Positions 33,314 to 43,671 of a stretch of DNA of 64,000 bases are shown here, in pieces. This DNA comes from Candidatus Omnitrophota bacterium (GTDB lineage Bacteria > Omnitrophota > Omnitrophia > Omnitrophales > Aquincolibacteriaceae), in contig DAOSLF010000010.1 in NCBI GenBank assembly GCA_035368605.1, forward strand, positions 766 through 64,765, in the 5' to 3' direction. Both the position numbers and the translations under genes were made by a program. The notes below the pieces were generated by a model, which was not told the origin of the DNA, ran no database searches, and saw nothing but the letters and a program-made list of their open reading frames with translations. The number at the start of each line of letters is the position of its first letter. Position 1 is the first letter of the stretch.

Positions 33314-35824
33314 CTATGCAATGCTCTTGAGATAGCGCTGGCGGGCGCGGCCCCGGAAATAAAAATGAAGGAACCCCGCGACCGCGATCAGGAAAGGCGT
33401 CAGCAGCATCACAAAGGCCCGCCAGAAGATCTTGGTGGCGCGGGAGACCTTCGGAAGCGCGCGGCTCACGACGCTCTTGGACCGGATGCCGACCAGTTCA
33501 TCGCCCAAGGTCAGGATATCCATGGCGTTCATGAAAAAGGCCATGTGCCCCCCGCCCTGGATCAACTGCCGCTGGAACGGCGTCGCGGCGCCGATCAGGA
33601 TGAGCTTGCCGGGGGCTTCCTTGAGAGGCGCGGCTTCTTCCGCCTTCGTTTCTTTTTTGGCGTCCTCATCTTCCGGAGGAGTCCCTTCCGCGGACGGCCA
33701 GGCCGGAACCTTCAGGCCCCGGAACGCGTTCGCGAACTGTCCCCTCGCGAAGACCGCGAGCGGGAACGGCCCGGACGGACTGTTCGATTCCTTCAGCAGG
33801 TCCCGGGCGGTCATTGATTCCGGTTTGAACGGCACGGTCCAGGAGTTCCGGGTCGAGGAGATCAGGGTATCGACCGTCAGATTCCGGGCCCCGGTCTTTT
33901 TCGCATCCACAACGATGGCATTCCCCCACAGATAGAAAAAGGCCGGAAGTCTCGCCGTAATTGAAAGCCGCGAATTCATTTCCGAAGGGGTCAGGACGAT
34001 CTGGACCGGAAGGCGGACGGGAAACGTCGTCTCAAAAAGACCGGCACGGCCACCCGCCACGTTCACCGCTTCACTCTGTTCGTCCGCGAGCAAACGGGGA
34101 TCCACCTGGAACCCCCACGCGCCGAGCAGGTCGTTGATCTGCGGGGCCCTGTCGTTGGGAACAAGCTCAATGTCGTTGGGGAGAGGCCGGTAATTGAATT
34201 CCTGGTTCTGGACCGCGAGGAAGACCGAACCTCCCTGGACGAGGAACCGGTTGATCTCATATTTCTGGCGTTCATTCAAATGGGTCGGCGCGATCAGCGC
34301 GAGGGCCTTGACCCCTTCGGGAATCGGGGATGATTCCGTCAGGTCGATCCTTTCAACAGGATATCCCTCGTATTTAAGCCCCGCCTCGAGCATTTCGTAA
34401 GGGTCGTCCCTGAAGCTTTGCTGGACCTGATCGCCCGCGCCAAGCTGTTCGAGAAGCGCCTTGATGTTTGGGTCGATGGATCTGGTCTCCGACGGCGCCA
34501 CCATCGCAATCCGCGGAATCGCCGGCAGCGTCATGCGGTAGATTTTCGACAGGATCACATATTCCAGCTCGTCGAGATTGCCGAGATGCACGCGTCCGAT
34601 GACCTCTTCGGGCTTTTCCTTGTAGGCGATGCTGAGGGCGGAGTAGACCAGCTTCACGCCGAGCTCATCCGACTGCACGGATTCGACCTGGAACGGCTCG
34701 ATCCCTTTCTTCAGCAGCTGTTGCTCGGGCGTTTCTTCTTTTTTCCCGTCCTGCTCTTCCGTCACCGCGGAGGTGTCCATGTGATGGACCTTGTACTGGA
34801 AGCGTCCTTCGGAGGCGACGCGAAGCTCGTCCAGTTTGTCACGCACGTCCTGCTCGAGCGTTTTCATCGCGGTCGGCATTTTCTCGGCCGGCGAAATATA
34901 GAATTTGACCATGACGGGCGACTTGAGACTACGCAAAATATCGCGCGTCGACTTTGAAATGGTGTAGGCGCGGCCGTCGGTCAGATCGATCCTCCCGAGC
35001 GGGAGCCCCGAGACCAGCCAGTTGGTCACAAGAAAGATGGCGGCGCAGATGACAGCCGCCGTCGAAAAGATCGAAGCCGCCTTCGGCCGCATCCGTCCCT
35101 CGATCCAGAAACCGTTCAGGATGAGGCAGACCGCGGTCCCGACCGCGAAATAAGCGAGACCCCGGTTGTCAACGACGCCTTTCGAAAATGTCGTGAAATG
35201 ATCCGCCGCGCCGAGCGTACGCCGGAGAAAACTGCCGAGCCCGGCGACCCACCCGTCCAGCGAGGTCGCCGCGAAATCCGTCCCGATCAGGTAGAGGGCG
35301 AAGCAGAGCATCATGCTGAGGATGAAGGCCGTGATCTGGTCGCGGCAGAATCCCGAGACGAGAATCCCCGCCGCGAGGAAGAAGGCCCCGAGGACCGCGG
35401 CGCCGAGATAACCGCCGAGGATGGCACCGAGGTCGGGCTGGCCGAGCACGACGAGCATCACGGGGATCGACGCGGTCGACGCGAGCGCGATCAGGTAGAA
35501 ACAGAAACTTGCCAGAAATTTCCCCAGCACGAGCTCGTTCGTGGCTAGCGGGAAGGTCAGGAGAAGCTCCTGCGTATTCCCCCGTTTCTCCTCCGACCAG
35601 AGCCGCATGGAGACCGCCGGAAGAAAAACACAGAGCAGGACAGGCAGGCCGTAGAAGAACGAACGCATGTCCGCCCGGCCCATCATAAAGAACTGGGTCA
35701 TGAAGAGCCCGCAATTCAGAAGAGCGAAAACAAAAAGAAAGATATACGCGATGGCGGAATTGAAATAGGCCGCCATTTCCTTGCCGAACACGATGGAAAG
35801 CCGCCGCAGGAATCCCACGATCAC
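33314..35824 (-). CDS. ABC-2 permease (GldF-like) fused to GldG-like auxiliary domain
   Basis: N-terminal 6-TM ABC-2 permease block, then a large extracytoplasmic GldG-like domain with C-terminal TM. A probable GTG start at 35824 overlaps the ATPase stop as GTGA; the ORF remains open to 35917. Confidence 0.65.
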   Translation of the reverse strand: MIVGFLRRLSIVFGKEMAAYFNSAIAYIFLFVFALLNCGLFMTQFFMMGRADMRSFFYGLPVLLCVFLPAVSMRLWSEEKRGNTQELLLTFPLATNELVLGKFLASFCFYLIALASTASIPVMLVVLGQPDLGAILGGYLGAAVLGAFFLAAGILVSGFCRDQITAFILSMMLCFALYLIGTDFAATSLDGWVAGLGSFLRRTLGAADHFTTFSKGVVDNRGLAYFAVGTAVCLILNGFWIEGRMRPKAASIFSTAAVICAAIFLVTNWLVSGLPLGRIDLTDGRAYTISKSTRDILRSLKSPVMVKFYISPAEKMPTAMKTLEQDVRDKLDELRVASEGRFQYKVHHMDTSAVTEEQDGKKEETPEQQLLKKGIEPFQVESVQSDELGVKLVYSALSIAYKEKPEEVIGRVHLGNLDELEYVILSKIYRMTLPAIPRIAMVAPSETRSIDPNIKALLEQLGAGDQVQQSFRDDPYEMLEAGLKYEGYPVERIDLTESSPIPEGVKALALIAPTHLNERQKYEINRFLVQGGSVFLAVQNQEFNYRPLPNDIELVPNDRAPQINDLLGAWGFQVDPRLLADEQSEAVNVAGGRAGLFETTFPVRLPVQIVLTPSEMNSRLSITARLPAFFYLWGNAIVVDAKKTGARNLTVDTLISSTRNSWTVPFKPESMTARDLLKESNSPSGPFPLAVFARGQFANAFRGLKVPAWPSAEGTPPEDEDAKKETKAEEAAPLKEAPGKLILIGAATPFQRQLIQGGGHMAFFMNAMDILTLGDELVGIRSKSVVSRALPKVSRATKIFWRAFVMLLTPFLIAVAGFLHFYFRGRARQRYLKSIA

Positions 35825-36549
35825 ACTCCCTCCGGGGCAAGAAGGCTGATGAAAACCTCTTCGAGAGATGCGCCGGGTTTCCCCGCTTTCGCGGAAAGTT
35901 CCTCCCGCGTCCCGCAAGCGACAAGCCGGCCTTCATTGATGATGACGATCCGGTCGGCAAGCGCTTCGACCTCCTGAAGGATGTGCGTCGAGAAGACGAT
36001 CGTCTTGTCCTTCGAGAGGCTTTTGACGAGCTTGCGGATTCCGAGAATCTGGATCGGGTCCAGCCCCGAGGTCGGTTCGTCGAGGATCAGGACCCCGGGG
36101 TCATGGATCAGCGACTGTGCGAGGCCGACACGTTGCCCGTAACCTTTGGAGAGTTCGGCCGTCGGCTGTTTCCAGACCTTTTTGAGCTGGCAGGCATCCA
36201 TGACCCACCCAAGGCGTTTCCGGAGCTGCGCACCCGAAAGACCGCGCGCCGCGCCCACGAACCGGAGATATTCCTCGACGTTCATGAATCCGTAGAGCGG
36301 CACGGTCTCGGGAAGGTAGCCGATCCGCCTGCGGACGCCGACCGGGTCCTTGAGGATATCGAGGCCGTCGACCGAGGCAGTGCCGGAGGTCGGGTAAAGA
36401 TAGGTCGTGAGGATACGCATGGCCGTGGATTTTCCGGCGCCGTTCGGCCCGAGAAGTCCGAGAATCTCGCCCGGGTTGGCCCGGAAGGACACGCCGTCGA
36501 GCGCCGTCACGTGTCCGTAGCGCATGGTCAGATTCTTAACGTCGATCAT
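35821..36549 (-). CDS. ABC transporter ATP-binding protein (GldA-like)
   Basis: Walker A GPNGAGKST, signature LSGG-like motif, Walker B ILDEPT. Confidence 0.85.
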   Translation of the reverse strand: MIDVKNLTMRYGHVTALDGVSFRANPGEILGLLGPNGAGKSTAMRILTTYLYPTSGTASVDGLDILKDPVGVRRRIGYLPETVPLYGFMNVEEYLRFVGAARGLSGAQLRKRLGWVMDACQLKKVWKQPTAELSKGYGQRVGLAQSLIHDPGVLILDEPTSGLDPIQILGIRKLVKSLSKDKTIVFSTHILQEVEALADRIVIINEGRLVACGTREELSAKAGKPGASLEEVFISLLAPEGV

Positions 36550-36647
36550 TCAAACCTCAGTGATAAGTCCGGGGGTTAAGCGGTAAAGATTGCAAGTGCC
36601 GGACGCGGGGTCCCCTGATCACTTACAACTTGCCACTTATCACTCAT

Positions 36648-37331
36648 TTACCGCCTGCGCCCGAAAATACGCAGAAGGAACAGGAACATGTTGACGAAAT
36701 CCAGATAAAGGGCCAGCGCGCCGAGGATCGCGAGCTGGTCCGCGGCTCCTTGCGCATTCTGATGGATCCACTTGAGTTTCTGGGTGTCGTAGGCGGTCAA
36801 CCCGATGAAGACCGCGACCCCGACATACGAAAGAATCCAGTGGAAGGCCGGGGCCCGGAAGAACATTCCGACAAGGCTCGCGATCAGAACGCCCCAGATC
36901 GCCATCGCGCAAAAACTTCCGACAGAGGTCAGGTCCTGTTTTGTGACCCACCCGTAGAGGCTCACGCCCGCGAACATGGCGGCGCAGATAAAAAATGTCA
37001 CCGAAATGGACGTCGCGGTGTAGACAAGGAAGATGCTGGAGAGTGTGACGCCGTTCAGCGCCGAGTAGACCAGAAACAGCATCGTCGCGGCCGAAGCCGA
37101 CAGACGCCGGATATTGGCCGAGAGCCAGAACACGAGAAACAGTTCCACGATGAAGAAGAGCCACATCCCTCCCTTCACGAGAAACATCAGGAACCCGGCG
37201 TTCAGGACGGTCGCGAAGGCCGCGAGCCCGGTAAGACCAAGCCCCATCGCCATCCAGAAATAGACTCGTTGTATGAATGAGGAAAGCGCGGCGGCGCCGG
37301 AATAAGGCTGAGAATTGTGGTTTGGATCCAT
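36648..37331 (-). CDS. Bax inhibitor-1/YccA family membrane protein
   Basis: 7-TM protein about 225 aa with characteristic BI-1 C-terminal charged tail. Confidence 0.7.
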   Translation of the reverse strand: MDPNHNSQPYSGAAALSSFIQRVYFWMAMGLGLTGLAAFATVLNAGFLMFLVKGGMWLFFIVELFLVFWLSANIRRLSASAATMLFLVYSALNGVTLSSIFLVYTATSISVTFFICAAMFAGVSLYGWVTKQDLTSVGSFCAMAIWGVLIASLVGMFFRAPAFHWILSYVGVAVFIGLTAYDTQKLKWIHQNAQGAADQLAILGALALYLDFVNMFLFLLRIFGRRR

Positions 37332-37452
37332 GGTTCACTCCGTTGGCGACGGGCCCCGGTCAGCGGGGGCCCAAGTTGAGAGAGTCTTAATGACTTTCGT
37401 TAAAACTTCCTTCCGGGAATTGCGTATATTCTATACGAAAGGGGTCATCGCC

Positions 37453-37914
37453 TCAAGGCTGACCGAGCGAATCCGTCGTTCCCGTCGTTTCGTCCGCCGC
37501 CGGGGCTTGTCCTTCCGTTACCGAAGCCGCAGGCGCTTGCCCATCTGCCGACGACACCGCGGACACCAGGAATTCCCTGATTTTGCGGACCGGCCGGGCC
37601 AGGATCGCCCGGTCGCCCTGCTCCACGATCGGCCGCTGAAGCAGATCAGGATAGATCTCGATCAGGTCGAGATATTGGGCGTCCGTCAGGTTCTTCTCGC
37701 CGAGCCGCAGGTCCTCGTAAATCTGTTCTTTTGTGCGGAGCAATTCACGCAACGGCACTCCCATTTTCCGGGCAAGCTCGCAGAGCTTCGCCTTCGGAAT
37801 CCGCGTCACGTAATAATCGACAGATTCGATCTCGGCGCCGGCGTCTTTGAGAACCTGGCAGACCTCTTTACAGGCGGAGCAGGACGGTTTCTGATAGATC
37901 GTGATTTTTTCCAT
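37453..37914 (-). CDS. ArsC/Spx-family thioredoxin-fold protein
   Basis: N-terminal IYxKPSCSAC motif typical of the ArsC/Spx/YffB family. Confidence 0.7.
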   Translation of the reverse strand: MEKITIYQKPSCSACKEVCQVLKDAGAEIESVDYYVTRIPKAKLCELARKMGVPLRELLRTKEQIYEDLRLGEKNLTDAQYLDLIEIYPDLLQRPIVEQGDRAILARPVRKIREFLVSAVSSADGQAPAASVTEGQAPAADETTGTTDSLGQP

Positions 37915-37920
37915 GATAAC

Positions 37921-37995
37921 TCCCGGTGCGGAGTACGCGGTACGGGGTACGGCAAAAACCCTTTCGCTCCTGCTCCGTACTTCGTACGCCGTACT
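37921..37995. repeat. GC-rich hairpin repeat cluster (GTACGG/CCGTAC units)
   Basis: ccggtgcggagtacgcggtacggggtacggc ... ctgctccgtacttcgtacgccgtac. Confidence 0.4.
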
Positions 37996-38509
37996 AGCTT
38001 TTTAGAAAATACAACCCCACGTAAACTTTCGGGTCCACGAGCCGCCCGCTCTTTTCCATCGCAAGCAGCCAGGACTCCGCCTCCGCGAGCGGGACTTCAT
38101 GGACGGTGATCGACTCCGTCTCGTCCCCGCCCCCTTTATGTTTTTTGACGATCCCGGTCGCGAGATAAAAAGTGATAATTTCGGCGCTGAGACCGCTTGA
38201 GACCGGACCTTCGGCGACCCGCTCGAGCTTCCCGGCTTCATAGCCGGTCTCTTCAAGGAGTTCGCGTTTCGCCGCGGACTCCATCGATTCGGGGTCGTGA
38301 GACGTCTTGTCGTTCACGAGACCCGCGGGCCATTCGATCACGGAGGCCTTGACGGGCTTGCGGTGCTGTTCGACAAAAACGACCCTTCCGTCCTCCGTCC
38401 GCGGCACAATCACCACGATCCCGTCGCAGTTCGTCCGCCGGACATATTCCCAGTTGCCTTCACGGACCAGGTCCAGGAACTTTCCCTTATGAAGGATCTC
38501 TTGCGTCAC
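37994..38509 (-). CDS. NUDIX hydrolase (ADP-ribose pyrophosphatase-like)
   Basis: Nudix box GxxxxxExxxxxxxRELLEETG. Confidence 0.75.
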   Translation of the reverse strand: MTQEILHKGKFLDLVREGNWEYVRRTNCDGIVVIVPRTEDGRVVFVEQHRKPVKASVIEWPAGLVNDKTSHDPESMESAAKRELLEETGYEAGKLERVAEGPVSSGLSAEIITFYLATGIVKKHKGGGDETESITVHEVPLAEAESWLLAMEKSGRLVDPKVYVGLYFLKS

Positions 38510-38521
38510 CTTGTCTCTCCC

Positions 38522-40300
38522 TCAAACCGCGGCGGCGCCGTACAGGTCGCCGCGAAGATCGCTTTCCGCCACCAGCTTGCCGTTTTCTTCATCAAAACAA
38601 ACCATTTGCCCTTCGCCGAGAAAAGCCTGGCTCAGCGGCTTGTGGCCCCAAAGTTCGAGCTGAACGCGCCACGTATCCTGGTTGTAGAGCTCCTCCTCCA
38701 TGACCATAACACCATCCCGGTCAAAAACACGGGACACCTCGAGAATCCCCGCGCAGGGGACATTGAAATCCGCGCGCTGGACAAAAAGATTGAGCACCGT
38801 CTTCGCCGACTCCCGGCCGTCGGACGCGCTGAGAGCCATAACAGGACGGCCTTCCCGGAAAACAAAAAGGGGTGTAAAAAAATTCCTGGGTCGCTGACGG
38901 GGCCCCGGGATGTTCGGGAAATCGGGGTCTTTCATCGCGGCTTCGTCCGTGTCGAAATCCAGCATGAGATCGTTCAGAAAAAAACCGTATCCGGGGACCA
39001 GGATCCCGCTGCCGAAAGAATTTCCCATGGAAGCGGAATAATTCACGATATTGCCGTACCGGTCGATGATCAGGATGGAGACCGAAAGGGTATTCCTCGT
39101 TCCGGCTGAAGACCTCGTAAATGCGGAACGGCGCATGGCCTTGTTCAGGGCCACGCGGGACGCGCGTTCCCCGGTCCATTCTTTCGAAAGGATCTTCCCG
39201 ACAGGAAGGTCGAAAAAATCGGGATCTCCGATCGCCACGTCCAGCCCCCCCGTGAGTTTCATTGTCTCTGCCAGAAGATGAACGGCCTCGGGCTTTCCCG
39301 GAAAAGCGCTGAGCCCGAGCTCGTTCAGAAGATTGAGAGACGCGAACAGCATGACCCCGCCCGCGGACGGCGGGCCTGCCGTAAAAAGGTCCTGCTCGCC
39401 GTACGAGACATAGAGGGGGTCCTGTTTCACGATCGCGTAGTTTTTCAGATCGCCCGCGGTCAGGACGGATTGGGGAGCGGGCGCGGCCCCGGCAGCCTTG
39501 ACTACCGCGGCGCCGATCTTCCCTTCATAGAAAATATCGGGACCGTGTTTCTTCAAGAGCTTCAGCGTTTCGGCAAGATCGGTCTGACGAATCCGGTCCC
39601 CCGCCCCCGCGGTCAGACCGTTCCGGAAAAAGATCTCCCTGAAAGATCTCGAGGTCCCGAGCACGGACATGTTCTGCTTCAGGGCCGCGCCGAGAGGCTC
39701 CGAAACTTCCATCCCTTCTTCGGCGAACGTGATCGCCGGCGCGAGGAGGGCGCCAAAGTTCTTTTTGCCGCTCCCGTAACGGGCCTGGACCTCCGCGAGC
39801 AATTTCAAAGCGCCCGGCACCCCCACCGAAAGCCCGCTCGTTCTGACCGCGTCCGCGGAAAGAGGCCTGCCTCCCTTGTCCAGGAACATTTTCGGAAAAA
39901 GTTTCGCCGGCGAGCGGACGCTTCCGTCAAAATAAAGGACCGCCCGCGTTGCGCGATCATAATAAAGAAGCGACGCTCCACCCCCGATGCCGCTGGATTG
40001 GGGCGCGACGACGTTCAGAACGGCCTGCGCGGTGAGAAGCGCGTCCATCGCATTCCCGCCTTCGTTCAGGACTTTGAGGGCCGCTTGGGTCGCGCGCGGA
40101 TCGGGCGTCACCACTGCGGCTTTGGACCCCGTCACGGCGTGGACAACAGGGCAGGACAACATCAAGCAAGACAGGACGGGAAGGAAGGAAACGAGAAATG
40201 AAAAACGGCCGCGCCAAAACCCCCGGAGGTGATCCGCCGCACCCCGCACGACACGCGCCGCGGTACTATTTTGAGAGGATCTTCTTGGCAGCCGCAACAA
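38522..40300 (-). CDS. ggt: gamma-glutamyltranspeptidase
   Basis: Signal peptide and full-length GGT similarity (Ntn-hydrolase, catalytic Thr region). Start codon uncertain; overlaps the 3' end of tkt-C. Confidence 0.8.
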   Translation of the reverse strand: MLRLPRRSSQNSTAARVVRGAADHLRGFWRGRFSFLVSFLPVLSCLMLSCPVVHAVTGSKAAVVTPDPRATQAALKVLNEGGNAMDALLTAQAVLNVVAPQSSGIGGGASLLYYDRATRAVLYFDGSVRSPAKLFPKMFLDKGGRPLSADAVRTSGLSVGVPGALKLLAEVQARYGSGKKNFGALLAPAITFAEEGMEVSEPLGAALKQNMSVLGTSRSFREIFFRNGLTAGAGDRIRQTDLAETLKLLKKHGPDIFYEGKIGAAVVKAAGAAPAPQSVLTAGDLKNYAIVKQDPLYVSYGEQDLFTAGPPSAGGVMLFASLNLLNELGLSAFPGKPEAVHLLAETMKLTGGLDVAIGDPDFFDLPVGKILSKEWTGERASRVALNKAMRRSAFTRSSAGTRNTLSVSILIIDRYGNIVNYSASMGNSFGSGILVPGYGFFLNDLMLDFDTDEAAMKDPDFPNIPGPRQRPRNFFTPLFVFREGRPVMALSASDGRESAKTVLNLFVQRADFNVPCAGILEVSRVFDRDGVMVMEEELYNQDTWRVQLELWGHKPLSQAFLGEGQMVCFDEENGKLVAESDLRGDLYGAAAV

Positions 40301-41207
40301 TGTAGGGAGCCGTCAGGCCGTATTTTTCGAGAAGTTCTTCGGACTTGCCGGATTCGGCAAAAGTGTCCTGGATTGCGACAAAACCCATCTTGCAGGGGTG
40401 ATTCGCGGAAAGGAACGCGGCCACGGCGCTTCCAAGCCCGCCCCAGATCTGATGTTCTTCCGCCACAAGAATCCTTCCGGTTTTTTTCGCCTCTTCGAGC
40501 AAAAGCTCCTTGTCGAGAGGTTTCACGGTATGCATATCGATCACGGACGCCCGGATACCTTCCTTCGCGAGCCTTTCGGCCGCGTCAAGAGCTTCCACCA
40601 CTTCAAAACCGTTCGCCACAATCGTCAGGTCTTTCCCCTCGCGAAGACGCACGCCCTTTCCGATCCGGAACTGCGTGGAGGCCTGGTGGACGACCGCCGC
40701 TTTCGGACGACCGGTCCTCATGTAGACGGCGCCGTTATGCTTCGCCATTTCGCGGACCAGCGCGCGCGTGGATACTTCATCGGAGGGGACGATCACCGAA
40801 AAATACGGCAGGCTTGTCATCAGCGCGATGTCTTCGATCGACATCTGCGAAGCCCCGTCCTCGCCGACCGTGATGCCGCCGTGGGAACCGACGAGCTTCA
40901 CGTTGAGCTCCGAGAAGGCGATGCTCATGCGAAACTGATCGAAACCCTTGGAGACCAGGAAAGACGCGAAGCTCGACGCGAACGGGATCTTCCCGCACAT
41001 CGCGAGGCCCGCGGCCACTCCCGCGAGGTTCGCCTCCTGGATTCCGACGTTGAAGAAACGCTCCGGGAATCTTTCCGCGAACATCACGGATTTCGTCGAT
41101 TTTGAGAGGTCGGCATCGAGGACCACCACGTTGCGGTTCTCGTCCCCGATCGCGGCCAGGGTCTCCCCGTACGCGTCGCGGGTGGCTTTGCCCATTTTCC
41201 GTTCCAT
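40266..41207 (-). CDS. transketolase, C-terminal subunit
   Basis: Pyrimidine-binding and C-terminal transketolase domains; split-gene arrangement. Confidence 0.85.
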   Translation of the reverse strand: MERKMGKATRDAYGETLAAIGDENRNVVVLDADLSKSTKSVMFAERFPERFFNVGIQEANLAGVAAGLAMCGKIPFASSFASFLVSKGFDQFRMSIAFSELNVKLVGSHGGITVGEDGASQMSIEDIALMTSLPYFSVIVPSDEVSTRALVREMAKHNGAVYMRTGRPKAAVVHQASTQFRIGKGVRLREGKDLTIVANGFEVVEALDAAERLAKEGIRASVIDMHTVKPLDKELLLEEAKKTGRILVAEEHQIWGGLGSAVAAFLSANHPCKMGFVAIQDTFAESGKSEELLEKYGLTAPYIVAAAKKILSK

Positions 41208-42025
41208 TATTTCAGCTCCTCCAGCGCGCGCTTCACTTCGTCAGGCGTCGGCGCGACCCCGTGAAAGTGGTTGTTCCCTTCCATGAAGCTGACGCCCTTG
41301 CCCTTGATCGTGTGGCAGACGATCATGGCCGGCTGGTCCTTGACCTTTTTGGCGATCTCGATCGCCCTGATAACCGCGGCGAGGTCGTGACCGTCGATCT
41401 CCTGGACATGCCAGCGGAAGGACTTCCATTTGTCGATGACGGGCTCCATGTCGCAGATCTCTTTCGTGGAGCTGTCGAGCTGGTATTTGTTGTAATCGAG
41501 AAAGGCGATCAGATGATCGACCTTGTGGTGAGCGGCCATGGCTGCGGCTTCCCAGGTCTGGCCTTCGTTCATCTCGCCGTCGCTTGTCACGACATATGTG
41601 TAGTAGTCCTTTCGGTCCAGGCGCCGCGCGAGCGCAATACCGATCCCCACCGAAAGCCCCTGTCCGAGTGAACCTGTCGAGGCCTCGACACCGGGAAGCT
41701 TCCGGCGGTCGGGGTGTCCCTGGAGCGGACTGCCGAGCTTGCGGAAATCAGTCAGGGTCTCCGGATCGAAATAGCCCGACTCCGCAAGCACCGCGTAAAG
41801 CGCGGGCGACGCGTGCCCCTTGCTGAGAACCAGACGGTCCCGGTCGGCCCAGTGAGGGGCCCTGGGATCGTGGTTCATCTGGTGAAAGTAGAGCGCAACG
41901 AGAATCTCGGTGCAGGAAAGCGACCCGCCGGGGTGCCCGGAGGCGGCCGCACCGGTCATTTCGACAATGTGCCGCCGCACAAGCTTGGCTTTGGCCTCAA
42001 GTTCTTCGACGGAAAACTTACCCAT
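41207..42025 (-). CDS. transketolase, N-terminal (TPP-binding) subunit
   Basis: GHPGGSLS and TGSLGQGL TPP-binding motifs. Start set at the internal ATG 42025 (MGKFSVEELE...). Confidence 0.8.
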   Translation of the reverse strand: MGKFSVEELEAKAKLVRRHIVEMTGAAASGHPGGSLSCTEILVALYFHQMNHDPRAPHWADRDRLVLSKGHASPALYAVLAESGYFDPETLTDFRKLGSPLQGHPDRRKLPGVEASTGSLGQGLSVGIGIALARRLDRKDYYTYVVTSDGEMNEGQTWEAAAMAAHHKVDHLIAFLDYNKYQLDSSTKEICDMEPVIDKWKSFRWHVQEIDGHDLAAVIRAIEIAKKVKDQPAMIVCHTIKGKGVSFMEGNNHFHGVAPTPDEVKRALEELK

Positions 42026-42166
42026 TGATAAAAGCTGCCTTGACCGTTGAATGTGCTGGGGGAAAGGACATTGGAGTTTATCCGCTTTCCCCCGGAGCGT
42101 CAACGAATAAAACCCGACGCATGAGCGCGTTGCGGCGCCTGAGGTCTCATGGTATTCTTCTTTTCT

Positions 42167-43291
42167 ATGACGAATGAAAACCTTTTGATCCTCGGCTCGA
42201 GCGAGCGCAATGCGGATCTTTATTACGCGACGCGTTTTGCGGCGCCGGACCCGTTCGTTTTTCTCCGTCTGAAAGGCCGGGATCATATCCTCGTGAGCGA
42301 TCTCGAGATCGACCGGGCCCGGAAAGAGTCATCCGTCCGTTCGGTCCTCAGCCTTTCCGCCCTCTCAAGGGCCTTTAAAAAAAAGACGGGACGCTCCGCT
42401 TCGCTTGCCGAGCTCGTTGCCGTCCTGGTCCGGAAACATCGCGTCAAAGAGCTGACCGTTCCCCCGGATTTCCCGCTTTCTTATGCCCTGGCGTTCAAAA
42501 AAACCGGTATTCATTTGAGGTGCCGGAAAGGCCTTTTCTTCCCGGAGCGCCTGATCAAATCCCGGAGGGAGATCGCGGCAATCACACAAGCCATACGGGC
42601 CACTGAACGGTCCATGGCGAAGGCGGTGCGTATCCTGAAAAAATCCTCCGTCAGGCGCGGAAAATTGTATTTTCAAGGAACATTGCTCACGAGCGATTTT
42701 CTTCGCAAGGCGATCCACCGCGTGCTTCTGGATCACGGCTGCACGGGAGAACACACGATTGTCGCGTGCGGCCACCACTCCATCGACCCGCATGACCGCG
42801 GTTCGGGACCGCTTTTCGCGAACAAGCCGGTCCTTTTCGATATCTTCCCGCGGAACGACGCGACGTTCTATTACGGGGATTTTTCGCGAACCGTCGTCAA
42901 GGGCAAGGCCTCGCCCCGGCTCAAGGCAATGTACGAGGCGGTCAAAGAAGGTCAGGAGATCGCGTTCGGGATGATCGCAGACAACGTTCCGGCCCGAACT
43001 ATCCACGAGGCCGTTCACGGGCACTTCGAGAAACTCGGGTTCGGGACCGGGAAAAAAGCCGGCCGCATGCAGGGATTCTTCCACAGCACCGGGCACGGGC
43101 TCGGCCTTGAGATTCACGAACCGCCGCGCCTCGGACCGGGCGAGGATATCCTGAAGGCGGGGCAAGTCGTCACGGTCGAACCGGGGCTTTATTACAAAGG
43201 CACGGGCGGAGTGAGACTGGAAGATGTCGTGCTCGTGACAAAGAACGGCTGTATCAACCTCACCCGATTCCCGAAGGTGCTGGAACTATAA
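42167..43291 (+). CDS. M24-family Xaa-Pro aminopeptidase/dipeptidase
   Basis: Creatinase N-terminal domain plus pita-bread metal-ligand motifs (HSTGHGLGLEIHE). Confidence 0.8.
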   Translation: MTNENLLILGSSERNADLYYATRFAAPDPFVFLRLKGRDHILVSDLEIDRARKESSVRSVLSLSALSRAFKKKTGRSASLAELVAVLVRKHRVKELTVPPDFPLSYALAFKKTGIHLRCRKGLFFPERLIKSRREIAAITQAIRATERSMAKAVRILKKSSVRRGKLYFQGTLLTSDFLRKAIHRVLLDHGCTGEHTIVACGHHSIDPHDRGSGPLFANKPVLFDIFPRNDATFYYGDFSRTVVKGKASPRLKAMYEAVKEGQEIAFGMIADNVPARTIHEAVHGHFEKLGFGTGKKAGRMQGFFHSTGHGLGLEIHEPPRLGPGEDILKAGQVVTVEPGLYYKGTGGVRLEDVVLVTKNGCINLTRFPKVLEL

Positions 43292-43331
43292 CCCGGGGCT
43301 CATCCGGGTCCCATTATCAGGAAAGGTTTCT

Positions 43332-43607
43332 ATGAAACAGTTCATCATGCAGGTCAGCGCCCTCGCGGGCATCATCCTCCCCCTGTTCAACATCCCGCTT
43401 ATCATGAGGGTCGTGAAGCGAAAGTCCGCCGACGACATCAGCCTGGTCTGGCTCTTCGGCGTCTGGATCTGTATCCTTCTCATGTCACCCGCGGCCTTCG
43501 TATCGAACGATACTGTGTTCCGGCTCTTCGGCTACGCGAACCTTCTTTTTTTCACGGGCGTCGTTTTTGTGACTGTGAAATATCACCGTAAATTCAAAAG
43601 AAACTAG
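43332..43607 (+). CDS. PQ-loop/SemiSWEET-like 3-TM small membrane protein
   Basis: 91 aa with three helices. Pattern KRKSADDISLVWL resembles SemiSWEET KTRSARDISLGMF, but the PQ motif reads PL. Confidence 0.4.
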   Translation: MKQFIMQVSALAGIILPLFNIPLIMRVVKRKSADDISLVWLFGVWICILLMSPAAFVSNDTVFRLFGYANLLFFTGVVFVTVKYHRKFKRN

Positions 43608-43671
43608 GCGCCGGGACCCGGACCCGCAGAGTCCATGGAAACAAACGGGTTCCTGATCACGGATTTTTACC

